From IMG/VR virus record IMGVR_UViG_3300020048_000042, positions 32,001-96,000 of that record: 64,000 nt of DNA. The stretch is one strand, 5' to 3'. Both the position numbers and the translations under genes were made by a program. The notes under the pieces are model-generated. The model ran no database searches, was not told the DNA's origin, and was given only the letters and a program-made list of their open reading frames with translations. The DNA comes from a virus. Shown here piece after piece: positions 50,752 to 58,497 of the stretch (within the stretch, counting starts at the first letter, position 1; each line of letters opens with the position of its first letter).

Positions 50752-51009
50752 TTATAGAATTGATTTGTTTTTTCTAGAGTTCATTGCCTCTACGAATTCA
50801 TCAACTTTAAAAGCTGAATAAGGCATAACCATGCCATTGCGATTGTAGTACTCAATTCGTTCTATCTTATGCGCTAAAGCTTGCTCTAAGGGCATATAAT
50901 CTGAACGCCAATAATCTTTGTTGCGTACTTTTCTCCAGTCATCAAAACTAAAGTCAATAGTCAAATTTGCAAGAGTATCCTTTAAACGCTTACTCTGATA
51001 CGTTTCCAT
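50752..51009 (-). CDS. Hypothetical protein
   Basis: 85-aa ORF in a tightly packed small-gene array. Confidence 0.5.
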   Translation of the reverse strand: METYQSKRLKDTLANLTIDFSFDDWRKVRNKDYWRSDYMPLEQALAHKIERIEYYNRNGMVMPYSAFKVDEFVEAMNSRKNKSIL

Positions 51010-51316
51010 CTGATGATGGTTCTTCTATCACGGTTTCTTCTACCACAGACTCTTCTGGTTGTGCAAGTTTTAAATCTTTGATAGCAAACTCAATTGCCAT
51101 GTAAACAAGCTTTGCAACTGCACTCCATTTAGCAAATGATTTGTGTGAAAATCTACCAGAAAATACAAAACCACTCATTCTGTCCCCAGGTATAACTTCA
51201 AAACTATTAGCAGCTTCATCAACTTTCAATAAAACTGTTGCTGTTTCTACTTTACCCTCTGTTGTGGTATATTCTTCTGTGAACTTATAAGTTCTACTTG
51301 ATGTTTCAATGTTCAT
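50990..51316 (-). CDS. Hypothetical protein
   Basis: 108-aa ORF overlapping its neighbours. Confidence 0.5.
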   Translation of the reverse strand: MNIETSSRTYKFTEEYTTTEGKVETATVLLKVDEAANSFEVIPGDRMSGFVFSGRFSHKSFAKWSAVAKLVYMAIEFAIKDLKLAQPEESVVEETVIEEPSSDGNVSE

Positions 51317-51539
51317 CTTCTTCGTTTTGTTCTATGTTAAACTGATCACCTATTCTACGCAATGTATTGGCAAGGTGTTTAGCCAGGTTTCTGAGAGATT
51401 CAATCTCTAATGTGCTCAACCACTCATCTTGTTTAGTAGTTGGGCAATCTTCAAAGCATGTTGGTTCACGCTTATCTTCGTCGTCAAACTTGTGAAATAT
51501 GTAGACACCACTTAAGCCTCTACGATTTACTTTTTCCAT
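51306..51539 (-). CDS. Hypothetical protein
   Basis: 77 aa; RR.LSGVY...PTCFEDC motif. Confidence 0.5.
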   Translation of the reverse strand: MEKVNRRGLSGVYIFHKFDDEDKREPTCFEDCPTTKQDEWLSTLEIESLRNLAKHLANTLRRIGDQFNIEQNEEDEH

Positions 51540-51819
51540 GCAGGTGATCTAAAAGGTTTTCTTTAATAATATCTTCAGCAATTTCTAATGCTGGTGGCTG
51601 TTGCTCAATCCAAATGATCTCAGTAACTTCTACCATATCATTTTCTAAATCACTTTCAACAGCTACTGTGAAATCAAAATCTCTTAGCTGTGCTTCGTCA
51701 TCAGTTTCTGAAACATCAGAACTGTAAGTACCAGAGTAAAACTCAATTCTACCAAAAGGTTTTTGCTCAATTTTAAATCTTCCCATAATGTGTAAATAAA
51801 AAAGCACTTGCCTAGACAA
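51520..51819 (-). CDS. Acidic hypothetical protein (start may be MGRFKIE)
   Basis: 99-aa ORF. Confidence 0.45.
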   Translation of the reverse strand: MSRQVLFYLHIMGRFKIEQKPFGRIEFYSGTYSSDVSETDDEAQLRDFDFTVAVESDLENDMVEVTEIIWIEQQPPALEIAEDIIKENLLDHLHGKSKS

Positions 51820-51847
51820 ATGCTTTAGTTAATAGTAATCAAAACTC

Positions 51848-52039
51848 TTAGTTCTTTTTAAGGTTTGGATTTTTTTGAAAATTAATGTAAGACTGAGCAC
51901 CACGCAGTGTTTCGTAACACACTCTTGTTGGTGATTTCTTTGACATAACATACTCCCACTTTGTAAAAAAGAACAATACTGTTTTTTTATACTGTACGCA
52001 GTAGTACCCTGTTTGCTCATGAACAATTCTGTACTCCAT
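51848..52039 (-). CDS. Hypothetical protein
   Basis: 63 aa; TATATTTG at 52080-52087 upstream. Confidence 0.5.
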   Translation of the reverse strand: MEYRIVHEQTGYYCVQYKKTVLFFFTKWEYVMSKKSPTRVCYETLRGAQSYINFQKNPNLKKN

Positions 52040-52079
52040 AATTTAAACTTTTAAAGGTTACACTTAAACAATTTTGTGA

Positions 52080-52087
52080 CAAATATA
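52080..52087 (-). promoter_or_regulatory. Bacteroidota-type -7 element TATATTTG
   Basis: Consensus match in an intergenic gap. Confidence 0.5.
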
Positions 52088-52097
52088 CTAAATTGTT

Positions 52098-52400
52098 TTA
52101 TATAACTGTTTTGCGTTTACACTTTGGAGAGCATCCTAAGTTGATAGAAAAACTAAAGTCTCTTTTCTCATACTCTTTCAGCTTTAAAGTTTTGTCATTC
52201 AGGTACTTATCTAAGATTTCATCAAACTTTTCTTGTTCCATTTCATGTTCAAGAAACTTGATATCTTTTCTACCTTCTGAGTTAACTTCTGCCTCTTCAT
52301 AAAGTTTATCAAAATCTGCAGGTGGATCACACGCTGCATACATTTCTCTGTAGCAATCAAAAGCTGCTTTTGTCAATTGCTCTAATCTTTTTTTACCCAT
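52098..52400 (-). CDS. Hypothetical protein
   Basis: 100-aa ORF ending in the LG.SP motif. Confidence 0.5.
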   Translation of the reverse strand: MGKKRLEQLTKAAFDCYREMYAACDPPADFDKLYEEAEVNSEGRKDIKFLEHEMEQEKFDEILDKYLNDKTLKLKEYEKRDFSFSINLGCSPKCKRKTVI

Positions 52401-52402
52401 GA

Positions 52403-52639
52403 TTAAAGTGGTGTTGATTTTAATGTCTCAAAAATTGCTTGCACTTCTGCAACAGCTTCTTCCTCATCTTCAATCTCATTCACTTTAAAAGCCATTACAC
52501 CAAACATACACATCATTCCTGCAAGAAACCCTTTGCGCATTTCAGTGTACTGAAGGTCATCTTTAGGCATTGCACCTAGACCAATCGTTTCCATGAAGGT
52601 ATCAAACTCTTCATCTGGATTTAATAGTTTACTACTCAT
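52403..52639 (-). CDS. Hypothetical protein
   Basis: 78 aa; QYTEMRKGFLAG motif. Confidence 0.5.
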   Translation of the reverse strand: MSSKLLNPDEEFDTFMETIGLGAMPKDDLQYTEMRKGFLAGMMCMFGVMAFKVNEIEDEEEAVAEVQAIFETLKSTPL

Positions 52640-52687
52640 ACTTTTTCTGTTTTTAATTGTTCTTCATCTAAATAATATAAATCTGTT

Positions 52688-52948
52688 TTAAATGTTTTTT
52701 TTAAAACTCACTTTTATAAAATACTTTAAGGCATCCCAAAAAGATTTAGGAAAATAAATATTGTATAAGTAAATGGTTCTAGGAGCTACAATAAACCCTT
52801 TCTTTAGTTTTTGTGCATCTACGTGATGGTTATCTTTATAAATCCAACATAACCAATACTTTTTACTTTTTAATATTATTCTACCTTGTATAGGATACTT
52901 TTGAGCATCTTCTCTTTTTACACCTCTATAGTCATAAAATGTTCTCAT
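52688..52948 (-). CDS. Basic hypothetical protein
   Basis: 86-aa ORF. Confidence 0.45.
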   Translation of the reverse strand: MRTFYDYRGVKREDAQKYPIQGRIILKSKKYWLCWIYKDNHHVDAQKLKKGFIVAPRTIYLYNIYFPKSFWDALKYFIKVSFKKNI

Positions 52949-52971
52949 ACTTCTGTTATTAGTCTTTTGTT

Positions 52972-53367
52972 TTAATATGATTTACCTGTTTCTTTTTCAT
53001 ACTTCATTTGCCATTCAGATGCCTTTGCTAAATCAAAATGATGATTATAAAAATCTGTTGCCAGTAATAAAAGTGTTGAATCATACATTTCTTTTGTCAC
53101 ATACATTTTAGTCCAAATAGCTTCTATCTTTTCTAAACTTTTTCTAACATCATGACCTTCACTAATCCATTTTTCATATATGCCATAATTACCATGAAAA
53201 TCTACAGGAAAAGTCATGATGAATGCATAAGGATCTTTATTATAATTAGTGTTTTCTTTTACAAAAATTGGTACTTCTTCAAGAGGTTTTTGCCAACCTA
53301 ATTCTGTCATTATGAGATCAGTCTTAGGTGTATCATATACTTTTTGTATAAATGCATTTTCTTCCAT
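52972..53367 (-). CDS. Hypothetical protein
   Basis: 131-aa ORF with TAATG coupling. Confidence 0.5.
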   Translation of the reverse strand: MEENAFIQKVYDTPKTDLIMTELGWQKPLEEVPIFVKENTNYNKDPYAFIMTFPVDFHGNYGIYEKWISEGHDVRKSLEKIEAIWTKMYVTKEMYDSTLLLLATDFYNHHFDLAKASEWQMKYEKETGKSY

Positions 53368-53576
53368 TAGTCTTCTATTTTAGCATTATACAATTCTTCA
53401 TGATATTCTTTCCACATTTCTGTAGGTACTCTATAGTACTCAGGATCATTTGGAATACTAACTTCACCTGAATCATAATAATTAAATGCAGGATGATAAT
53501 CAGGATTTTCTTTAAACCAAAGAGCAGATGCTTTTTTAATTTTAGAATACCATTCTTCTTTTCTTTCTTGTGTCAT
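53367..53576 (-). CDS. Hypothetical protein ending KIED
   Basis: 69-aa ORF with TGATG/TAATG coupling. Confidence 0.5.
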   Translation of the reverse strand: MTQERKEEWYSKIKKASALWFKENPDYHPAFNYYDSGEVSIPNDPEYYRVPTEMWKEYHEELYNAKIED

Positions 53577-53965
53577 CAGTCTTCAATTTTAGGTAACTCA
53601 TTATCTTCTGCAACCATGTGAATAGCAAACCAAATTTGTTCCATTGTGGCTTCATTTGTCAAAGCTTTTTCTAGCACGTCTTGTGCGTCACTGTCGTCAC
53701 AAATATAACGACTTTTTACGTCATCATTGTGCCATAGATTGTCTACAAAATAACCTGCATCGCGCAGTACTTGTTTTGCATGTTCAACCTTGTAATCATT
53801 TTGAAGCTCACCATTTTCAAATTGTGGCTCAAGGTACTGAAGAAGATACTTTGCGTAAGCAGTAAGCATTTGCTCACCTTGAAACTCAAAAGATTCTTGT
53901 CCAGTACCTTTAGTCAAAGTATACAGTGCTTTAAGCTCCTCATACAATTCTTTTGTAAAGTTCAT
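53576..53965 (-). CDS. Hypothetical protein ending KIED, possibly two fused mini-domains
   Basis: 129-aa ORF with A-rich leader. Confidence 0.5.
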   Translation of the reverse strand: MNFTKELYEELKALYTLTKGTGQESFEFQGEQMLTAYAKYLLQYLEPQFENGELQNDYKVEHAKQVLRDAGYFVDNLWHNDDVKSRYICDDSDAQDVLEKALTNEATMEQIWFAIHMVAEDNELPKIED

Positions 53966-54433
53966 TTTTTCTTTTATTGGTTAATAATGTTTTTTCTAGT
54001 CTTTCCCAGTGTCTTCTAACCTATTCTTAGTAGTCAACCTGTAGCACGGTTTTTAGTTACTCTCTGTTTTAGCACCCTCCTATGTAGGGTCAAGCTGAGA
54101 ACTCATTCGCGTTGTAGCAGGTTTTAAATCTACTCTTATACAGTCCTTTCTCAAGAGACCAACACGTTCAACATTACTGCTGATATATTATTTATACTCC
54201 TCAATGTTTTGGAGACCAATCTATTCTTGGTAGTCAACAGCGTTTAAGACCCTTGTTCTGAAATGATGACGTGTTTACAGTAACCATAGTAATGTAAACA
54301 AAAATGTTTACAAACAACTACAGCGTGATGTATTAATCCTCAAGTACTCGCCCTTGTTCTTTGTCTGATATTCTTTAGTGTTTTAATTATAATTATTGTA
54401 TATTCTTGTTGTAAGCTCACTTAAATATAACGT
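53966..54433. other. Longest non-coding region; repeat- and hairpin-rich, candidate ncRNA or regulatory/origin region
   Basis: No credible ORF; 18-nt repeat at 54021 and 54221, 10-nt repeat at 54250 and 54351, TGTTTACA/TGTAAACA triad. Confidence 0.5.
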
Positions 54434-55468
54434 ATGCCAAATTCAACAAACAAACGTGGTCGTCCAGCTTTACCTACAACTGAAATTATAAAAGAATACT
54501 TGTCAAAATTTCCAAATGCTCCAAGCAAAACTTTATCTGTAAAGATTTACAAAGAAAACTCAAAATACTTTACAAGTATTGACAAGGTTTATGATTTAGT
54601 AAGGTATTATAGAGGCCAAGCTGGTGCTTCTAAACGAAAAGCTCTTTCTCAAAAAACATATTTACAACCATTAAAAACTCATGTTATGACTAACTATGAA
54701 ACAATGCCTCCATCTCTTACAGAGAAGCGAGGAACATTTACATTTCCAACTGCTTGTAAAAAGCTTGGTGTTATTGGTGATATACACTTACCATATCACG
54801 ATGAAGATGCTGTTGAAACAGCGTGTGATAAAATGGAAGCTGAAAATATTGATAGTTTACTTATCAATGGTGATTTATTAGATTTCTATCAGTTATCATT
54901 TCATGAAAAGGATCCTAGAAAGGTTCATTTTAAAGAAGAGATTGAAGCTGGTAGACAGTTTCTTGCGTATTTAAGATCAAGATTCCCTGGAATTCCAATA
55001 TATTACATACCTGGAAACCATGAAAACAGATTTGAAAGATACCTTAGAATTAAGGCATCAGAACTACTTGACGTAGATGAATTTAGATTAGATGTGCTTT
55101 TGCGTGTTGCAGAAAGCAGAGTAGAATACATCCCTTTTAGAACCAAACTAGTCTTTGGAGACTTCCTTATAGAACATGGTGATAAGATTCCTGGAGCAGG
55201 CGGTGTTGTACCTGCAAGAACTGCAATTATGAGATTGAAGACAAATTGTATCATCAATCACTTTCATAAAACATCTCAAAGTTCTCAGAGAGTATATGGT
55301 GCAGGTGAAAGTGTAAGCATTAGAGGTTACAGTTTAGGCTGTCTTTGTGAATTAGCTCCTGATTACATGGAGATTAATGAGTGGAACCATGGTTTTGCAA
55401 TAATGACAAAACTTGACAACATGGTGTCTGTCAGTAACTATAAAATTGAAAATAACACTGTACTATAA
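54434..55468 (+). CDS. Calcineurin-like metallophosphoesterase with basic N-terminal helical domain
   Basis: GDIH, NGDLLD, GNHE, HGD and NHFH metal-binding motifs. Confidence 0.85.
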   Translation: MPNSTNKRGRPALPTTEIIKEYLSKFPNAPSKTLSVKIYKENSKYFTSIDKVYDLVRYYRGQAGASKRKALSQKTYLQPLKTHVMTNYETMPPSLTEKRGTFTFPTACKKLGVIGDIHLPYHDEDAVETACDKMEAENIDSLLINGDLLDFYQLSFHEKDPRKVHFKEEIEAGRQFLAYLRSRFPGIPIYYIPGNHENRFERYLRIKASELLDVDEFRLDVLLRVAESRVEYIPFRTKLVFGDFLIEHGDKIPGAGGVVPARTAIMRLKTNCIINHFHKTSQSSQRVYGAGESVSIRGYSLGCLCELAPDYMEINEWNHGFAIMTKLDNMVSVSNYKIENNTVL

Positions 55469-55767
55469 TGTTTTTACCAGTAAAGTTTTCTGACAAAGAT
55501 GGTAAGTCTTACTTTGAGCATATAAACATAGCTCATATTACGCGACTTTCTTTTGTCAATATTATGAATCCTGATGCAGGAACCAAAATCCATTTAAGAA
55601 CTGGAGAGGTATTAGTCACTCCAGTTCCTATGGATATTTTTCAAGGTGATGTTGAAGATTGTTTTAAATCGTCTACTGCTTTACTGATATACAGTGTAGT
55701 TGCTGAAAAGGCAAAGTACTTTATGCACGACGATGAAGACGCTCAAAATTCAGAATCAACTGAATAA
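55468..55767 (+). CDS. Hypothetical protein (YlzI/flagellar-FlbD-like small beta domain, tentative)
   Basis: HINIAHITRL...GTKIHL..GEVLV pattern; TAATG-coupled to the phosphoesterase. Confidence 0.45.
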   Translation: MFLPVKFSDKDGKSYFEHINIAHITRLSFVNIMNPDAGTKIHLRTGEVLVTPVPMDIFQGDVEDCFKSSTALLIYSVVAEKAKYFMHDDEDAQNSESTE

Positions 55768-55978
55768 CGTCTTCTTTATTTTCAAGTACTATTGAAGGCC
55801 AGTCCCAGTTGTGTACTTGCCATTTGTTGTCAATTATTGTATCACTATCATTTGAGATAAGTGATAATCCTTCTGTTATATCAAGATTATAATAGTGATA
55901 GTCAAAACCATTGTCTGAGTCTTTACTTAAAATCTCAACTTTTGTAAATCCTAGTTCAATCAGTTCTTGTTCTGTCAT
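55721..55978 (-). CDS. Hypothetical protein
   Basis: MTEQELIELGF start, 85 aa. Confidence 0.5.
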   Translation of the reverse strand: MTEQELIELGFTKVEILSKDSDNGFDYHYYNLDITEGLSLISNDSDTIIDNKWQVHNWDWPSIVLENKEDVIQLILNFERLHRRA

Positions 55979-56120
55979 AATATAGGTCTTTTGTAATTTG
56001 TCTTGCTAAATGCTTAGAACATTTGTACTTAATAATAATGTAAGTTTCAATTGTGCTTGAAGGCATTTCATCAAGATTCTTGTTTTCAGATCTTAATTCT
56101 TGAATGATCTGTTTTCTCAT
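55956..56120 (-). CDS. 54-aa hypothetical protein MRKQIIQELRS... (not in ORF track)
   Basis: Hand translation; fills the gap between annotated genes. Confidence 0.5.
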   Translation of the reverse strand: MRKQIIQELRSENKNLDEMPSSTIETYIIIKYKCSKHLARQITKDLYYDRTRTD

Positions 56121-56180
56121 TATCTTACTCATTAGTCTATGTTTTTATAGACAATAGCAATTACAATAATGAAAATTATG

Positions 56181-56585
56181 TCAAGTAATTTCTTCATTTG
56201 CTTTAAGTTTTTTTTGATCAAAACGATATAATATCTCCTTTTTTATGAGTGCTATGTGCCAGTCTGCTCCACCATAGTCAAGTATAGCTTCTAAGTAATC
56301 ATCATCCATATCGCATATCGCAATCCACGATAATGGCTTATCTCCATTTGGTCCTCTTGATCCTCTAGTAGCATATTCTCTTACAAGTTCAAAGTCATCA
56401 TCATCATATACTGCAAAGATTTTGATTTTACTCATGTTCTTTGCACCATATCTAAGATAAGCTGTTCCCCCATCAACCATTGCTTCATTAGGACATGAAC
56501 AAATTTTGTAATCATGTCTATGATAACTTACAATTGTCTCATTGCACTCTTGGCAAGTGACAGAATTATACACTAGCTGTTTCAT
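56181..56585 (-). CDS. DUF7695-like Zn-binding protein
   Basis: N.V.C..C...I.S.HRHDY..C.C....VDGG..YLR motif. Confidence 0.65.
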   Translation of the reverse strand: MKQLVYNSVTCQECNETIVSYHRHDYKICSCPNEAMVDGGTAYLRYGAKNMSKIKIFAVYDDDDFELVREYATRGSRGPNGDKPLSWIAICDMDDDYLEAILDYGGADWHIALIKKEILYRFDQKKLKANEEIT

Positions 56586-56587
56586 AA

Positions 56588-56893
56588 TTAAGGTTTTTCT
56601 TTTGGATAGTCACCATTCCACCACTCGTAATCTGAATTCTGAGTTCTAAAAAGAACATAATCCACATCATCATTGGTAATTTCTTCAAGAATCTCAAGTA
56701 CAGGTGTTGTTAACCACCAGTCATCTCTTGAATAACTTCTTCCAGTAAGTGATCCTACAAGCATTGAGCACCCTATTGTTGGTCTATGACTTACAATCTC
56801 CTTAAGAGTTCTGTCTTCATTCCAAGCAATTGCTTCACTGCGAGGACCACTGTCACCCATTGAGTCTGATACTCTACGTAAATGAAATGCCAT
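56588..56893 (-). CDS. Hypothetical protein (likely start MAFHLRR)
   Basis: Contains W.TT.V.EI and F.T.NS.Y motifs. Confidence 0.5.
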   Translation of the reverse strand: MAFHLRRVSDSMGDSGPRSEAIAWNEDRTLKEIVSHRPTIGCSMLVGSLTGRSYSRDDWWLTTPVLEILEEITNDDVDYVLFRTQNSDYEWWNGDYPKEKP

Positions 56894-57095
56894 AATATTA
56901 ACGTTTGTTTTTGCCATTCCAGGCGTTACCAATTGATATCATTCCTAGTGCAACAAAAAATGTTGTCCAAGGATAATCATAAATTGCTTCTAAAAACTCT
57001 CTCATACCTTGTCTTTTACAACTGGTACACAATCTTCTGGACCAGTACAACTACCGTCGCAGACACAAACATAATCAAATCTTTTGTTCATAGCT

Positions 57096-57250
57096 TTAAG
57101 TTTTATTTTTCCATTCTTTCCAGACATCAAAGTCTTTCAGTTTTTCCATTTGTTCTTCCATCCATTTAGCACCTGCTATCCAGTTATCTGTTTTGCATAA
57201 ATTAGGGTCTGCAAGATTAGCAGCAGCTTCTTCAAGTGTTTCTTCTTCCA
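57096..57250 (-). CDS. Small hypothetical protein (start MEEETLEEAA)
   Basis: ATG sits 1 nt after a junction repeat; WIAGAKW motif. Confidence 0.5.
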
Positions 57251-57252
57251 TC

Positions 57253-57390
57253 TTATTCTGATTTAAATGTTTTACACATTGATTCAAAGCTATTGTTGTA
57301 GACAAATCTTCTCATCTTAGGAGTCATTGCCATAAATGTTGCCCAGCATCTTTTTCTTAACCAATCAGGTAACTGTTTACTGTACTTCAT
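57253..57390 (-). CDS. 45-aa hypothetical protein MKYSKQLPDW...TFKSE (not in ORF track)
   Basis: Hand translation; bounded by two junction repeats. Confidence 0.5.
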   Translation of the reverse strand: MKYSKQLPDWLRKRCWATFMAMTPKMRRFVYNNSFESMCKTFKSE

Positions 57391-57391
57391 T

Positions 57392-57826
57392 TTATTCTGA
57401 TTTAAATGTTATAGCTTGTTTTACCACTTTACCTAACATTGGCTTAACTATATTATACACCTTGTAAGATTCTTCTTCAGCCCAAGTAATAATTTCTTCT
57501 TCTTTATTTTCTGCTTCATAACTATGTTTCCATAAAGAATGATGCATCATCTCATGCATAATTAGTCCAAAAGTTTTTACTGGATCAGTACATCTAGAAA
57601 GATTAATGAATATAAATCTATCATCATTTTCAAGATACTCACCTGAAGCTTTAGGAATAAAATTACTCCATCCAGCTATATAAGCACTATCTTTTGTATT
57701 GGCATGTGCATCACATTCTGCGTAAGATAACCCATGCATGTTATCTACATTGAAATAATCAAATATATCACAAGGATTATAACTCAACAAGAGCATGTAT
57801 CCATTTCTAAAAATTGTAATCATCAT
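57392..57826 (-). CDS. Small zincin-like (HExxH) protein
   Basis: IMHEMMH...EEE motif; ends TFKSE. Confidence 0.6.
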   Translation of the reverse strand: MMITIFRNGYMLLLSYNPCDIFDYFNVDNMHGLSYAECDAHANTKDSAYIAGWSNFIPKASGEYLENDDRFIFINLSRCTDPVKTFGLIMHEMMHHSLWKHSYEAENKEEEIITWAEEESYKVYNIVKPMLGKVVKQAITFKSE

Positions 57827-57844
57827 CTTATTCTAATTTAAGTG

Positions 57845-57964
57845 TTATTTACTTACAGGCTGAGGTGTACACACATGCCCATCACTCCATTTAATACCTG
57901 GAGGTGGTGTTGTTTCTGGTGAGCTATACTTAGTACCGCATTCACTACATACAAAATTATTCAT
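57845..57964 (-). CDS. 39-aa Zn-ribbon peptide MNNFVCSECG...WSDGHVC (not in ORF track)
   Basis: Hand translation; CxxC and HxC pairs. Confidence 0.55.
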   Translation of the reverse strand: MNNFVCSECGTKYSSPETTPPPGIKWSDGHVCTPQPVSK

Positions 57965-57965
57965 A

Positions 57966-58100
57966 TCACTTCTTTTTTTTGTCTGACGTTTTAAACTTCT
58001 CTGCACACTTGTTACAGAACCATACTACAATTTGCTGCATTTCAGAAACATCTTTTTCTACCTTACAATAATAGCAAATTCTTTTTGTTATTTTCTCCAT
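57966..58100 (-). CDS. Small Zn-finger protein (start MEKITKRICYYC)
   Basis: CYYC...CNKC; ATG sits 1 nt after a junction repeat. Confidence 0.55.
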   Translation of the reverse strand: MEKITKRICYYCKVEKDVSEMQQIVVWFCNKCAEKFKTSDKKKK

Positions 58101-58101
58101 T

Positions 58102-58317
58102 TTACTCTGATTTAGTTGATGTGTTGTACAAGTGTTCCAAGTACGCTTTTTTCTTTTCATTTGGTTCTTTAGACCAATCCTCAACTTTCTTCTGAGAATA
58201 CTCTGTGCGAGTCTGTTTGACAACTACTTTTGGTATCTTATTTGTGACTTTAAAAGTAAAGTAGCAAACTGTTAAAATAACAATTACTACTGCAAAAATG
58301 TAGTTTAATCTTTTCAT
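58102..58317 (-). CDS. Small membrane-anchored protein
   Basis: N-terminal TM YIFAVVIVILTVCYF; ends TKSE. Confidence 0.55.
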   Translation of the reverse strand: MKRLNYIFAVVIVILTVCYFTFKVTNKIPKVVVKQTRTEYSQKKVEDWSKEPNEKKKAYLEHLYNTSTKSE

Positions 58318-58320
58318 ACA

Positions 58321-58497
58321 CTAATTGTTAGTTTCTTCTGTTTTGTTATAGTTCTCTATCTTAACTACCTTATATCTATGACCATTCACTAAGGACTTGT
58401 AGTGCTTATTAGCGCAAATGATGCACATTGATATTGTTTTCTTTGGGCTTTTGAATGTAACTTTTACGTTACTTTTACCCCAACATTTACAGTTCAT
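58321..58497 (-). CDS. 58-aa Cys-containing protein MNCKCWGK... (not in ORF track)
   Basis: Hand translation; CxC and CxxC; overlaps the upstream stop. Confidence 0.45.
   Translation of the reverse strand: MNCKCWGKSNVKVTFKSPKKTISMCIICANKHYKSLVNGHRYKVVKIENYNKTEETNN

Larger units (their letters stand above)
57253..58120 (-). repeat. Four copies of a 19-nt gene-junction repeat (consensus AACATTTAAATCAGAATAA)
   Basis: 57253-57271 and 57392-57410 identical; 57828-57846 17/19; 58102-58120 15/19; each followed by one base and then ATG. Confidence 0.75.

Noticed and set aside
54061-54180. SAM-I or SAM-II riboswitch (GGACTG, GATTTAA, GGTGCTAA fragments on the - strand)
   Set aside because: The fragments could not be assembled into the required stems or pseudoknot, and no methionine or SAM gene lies downstream.
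54021-54238. 18-nt direct repeat as a mini-CRISPR array or IS200/IS605 (HEARO/omega RNA) end
   Set aside because: There are only two copies, 182 nt apart, which is too long for a spacer. No cas, tnpA, tnpB or iscB gene is nearby, and the resemblance to GTCAAC ends is only 6 nt.
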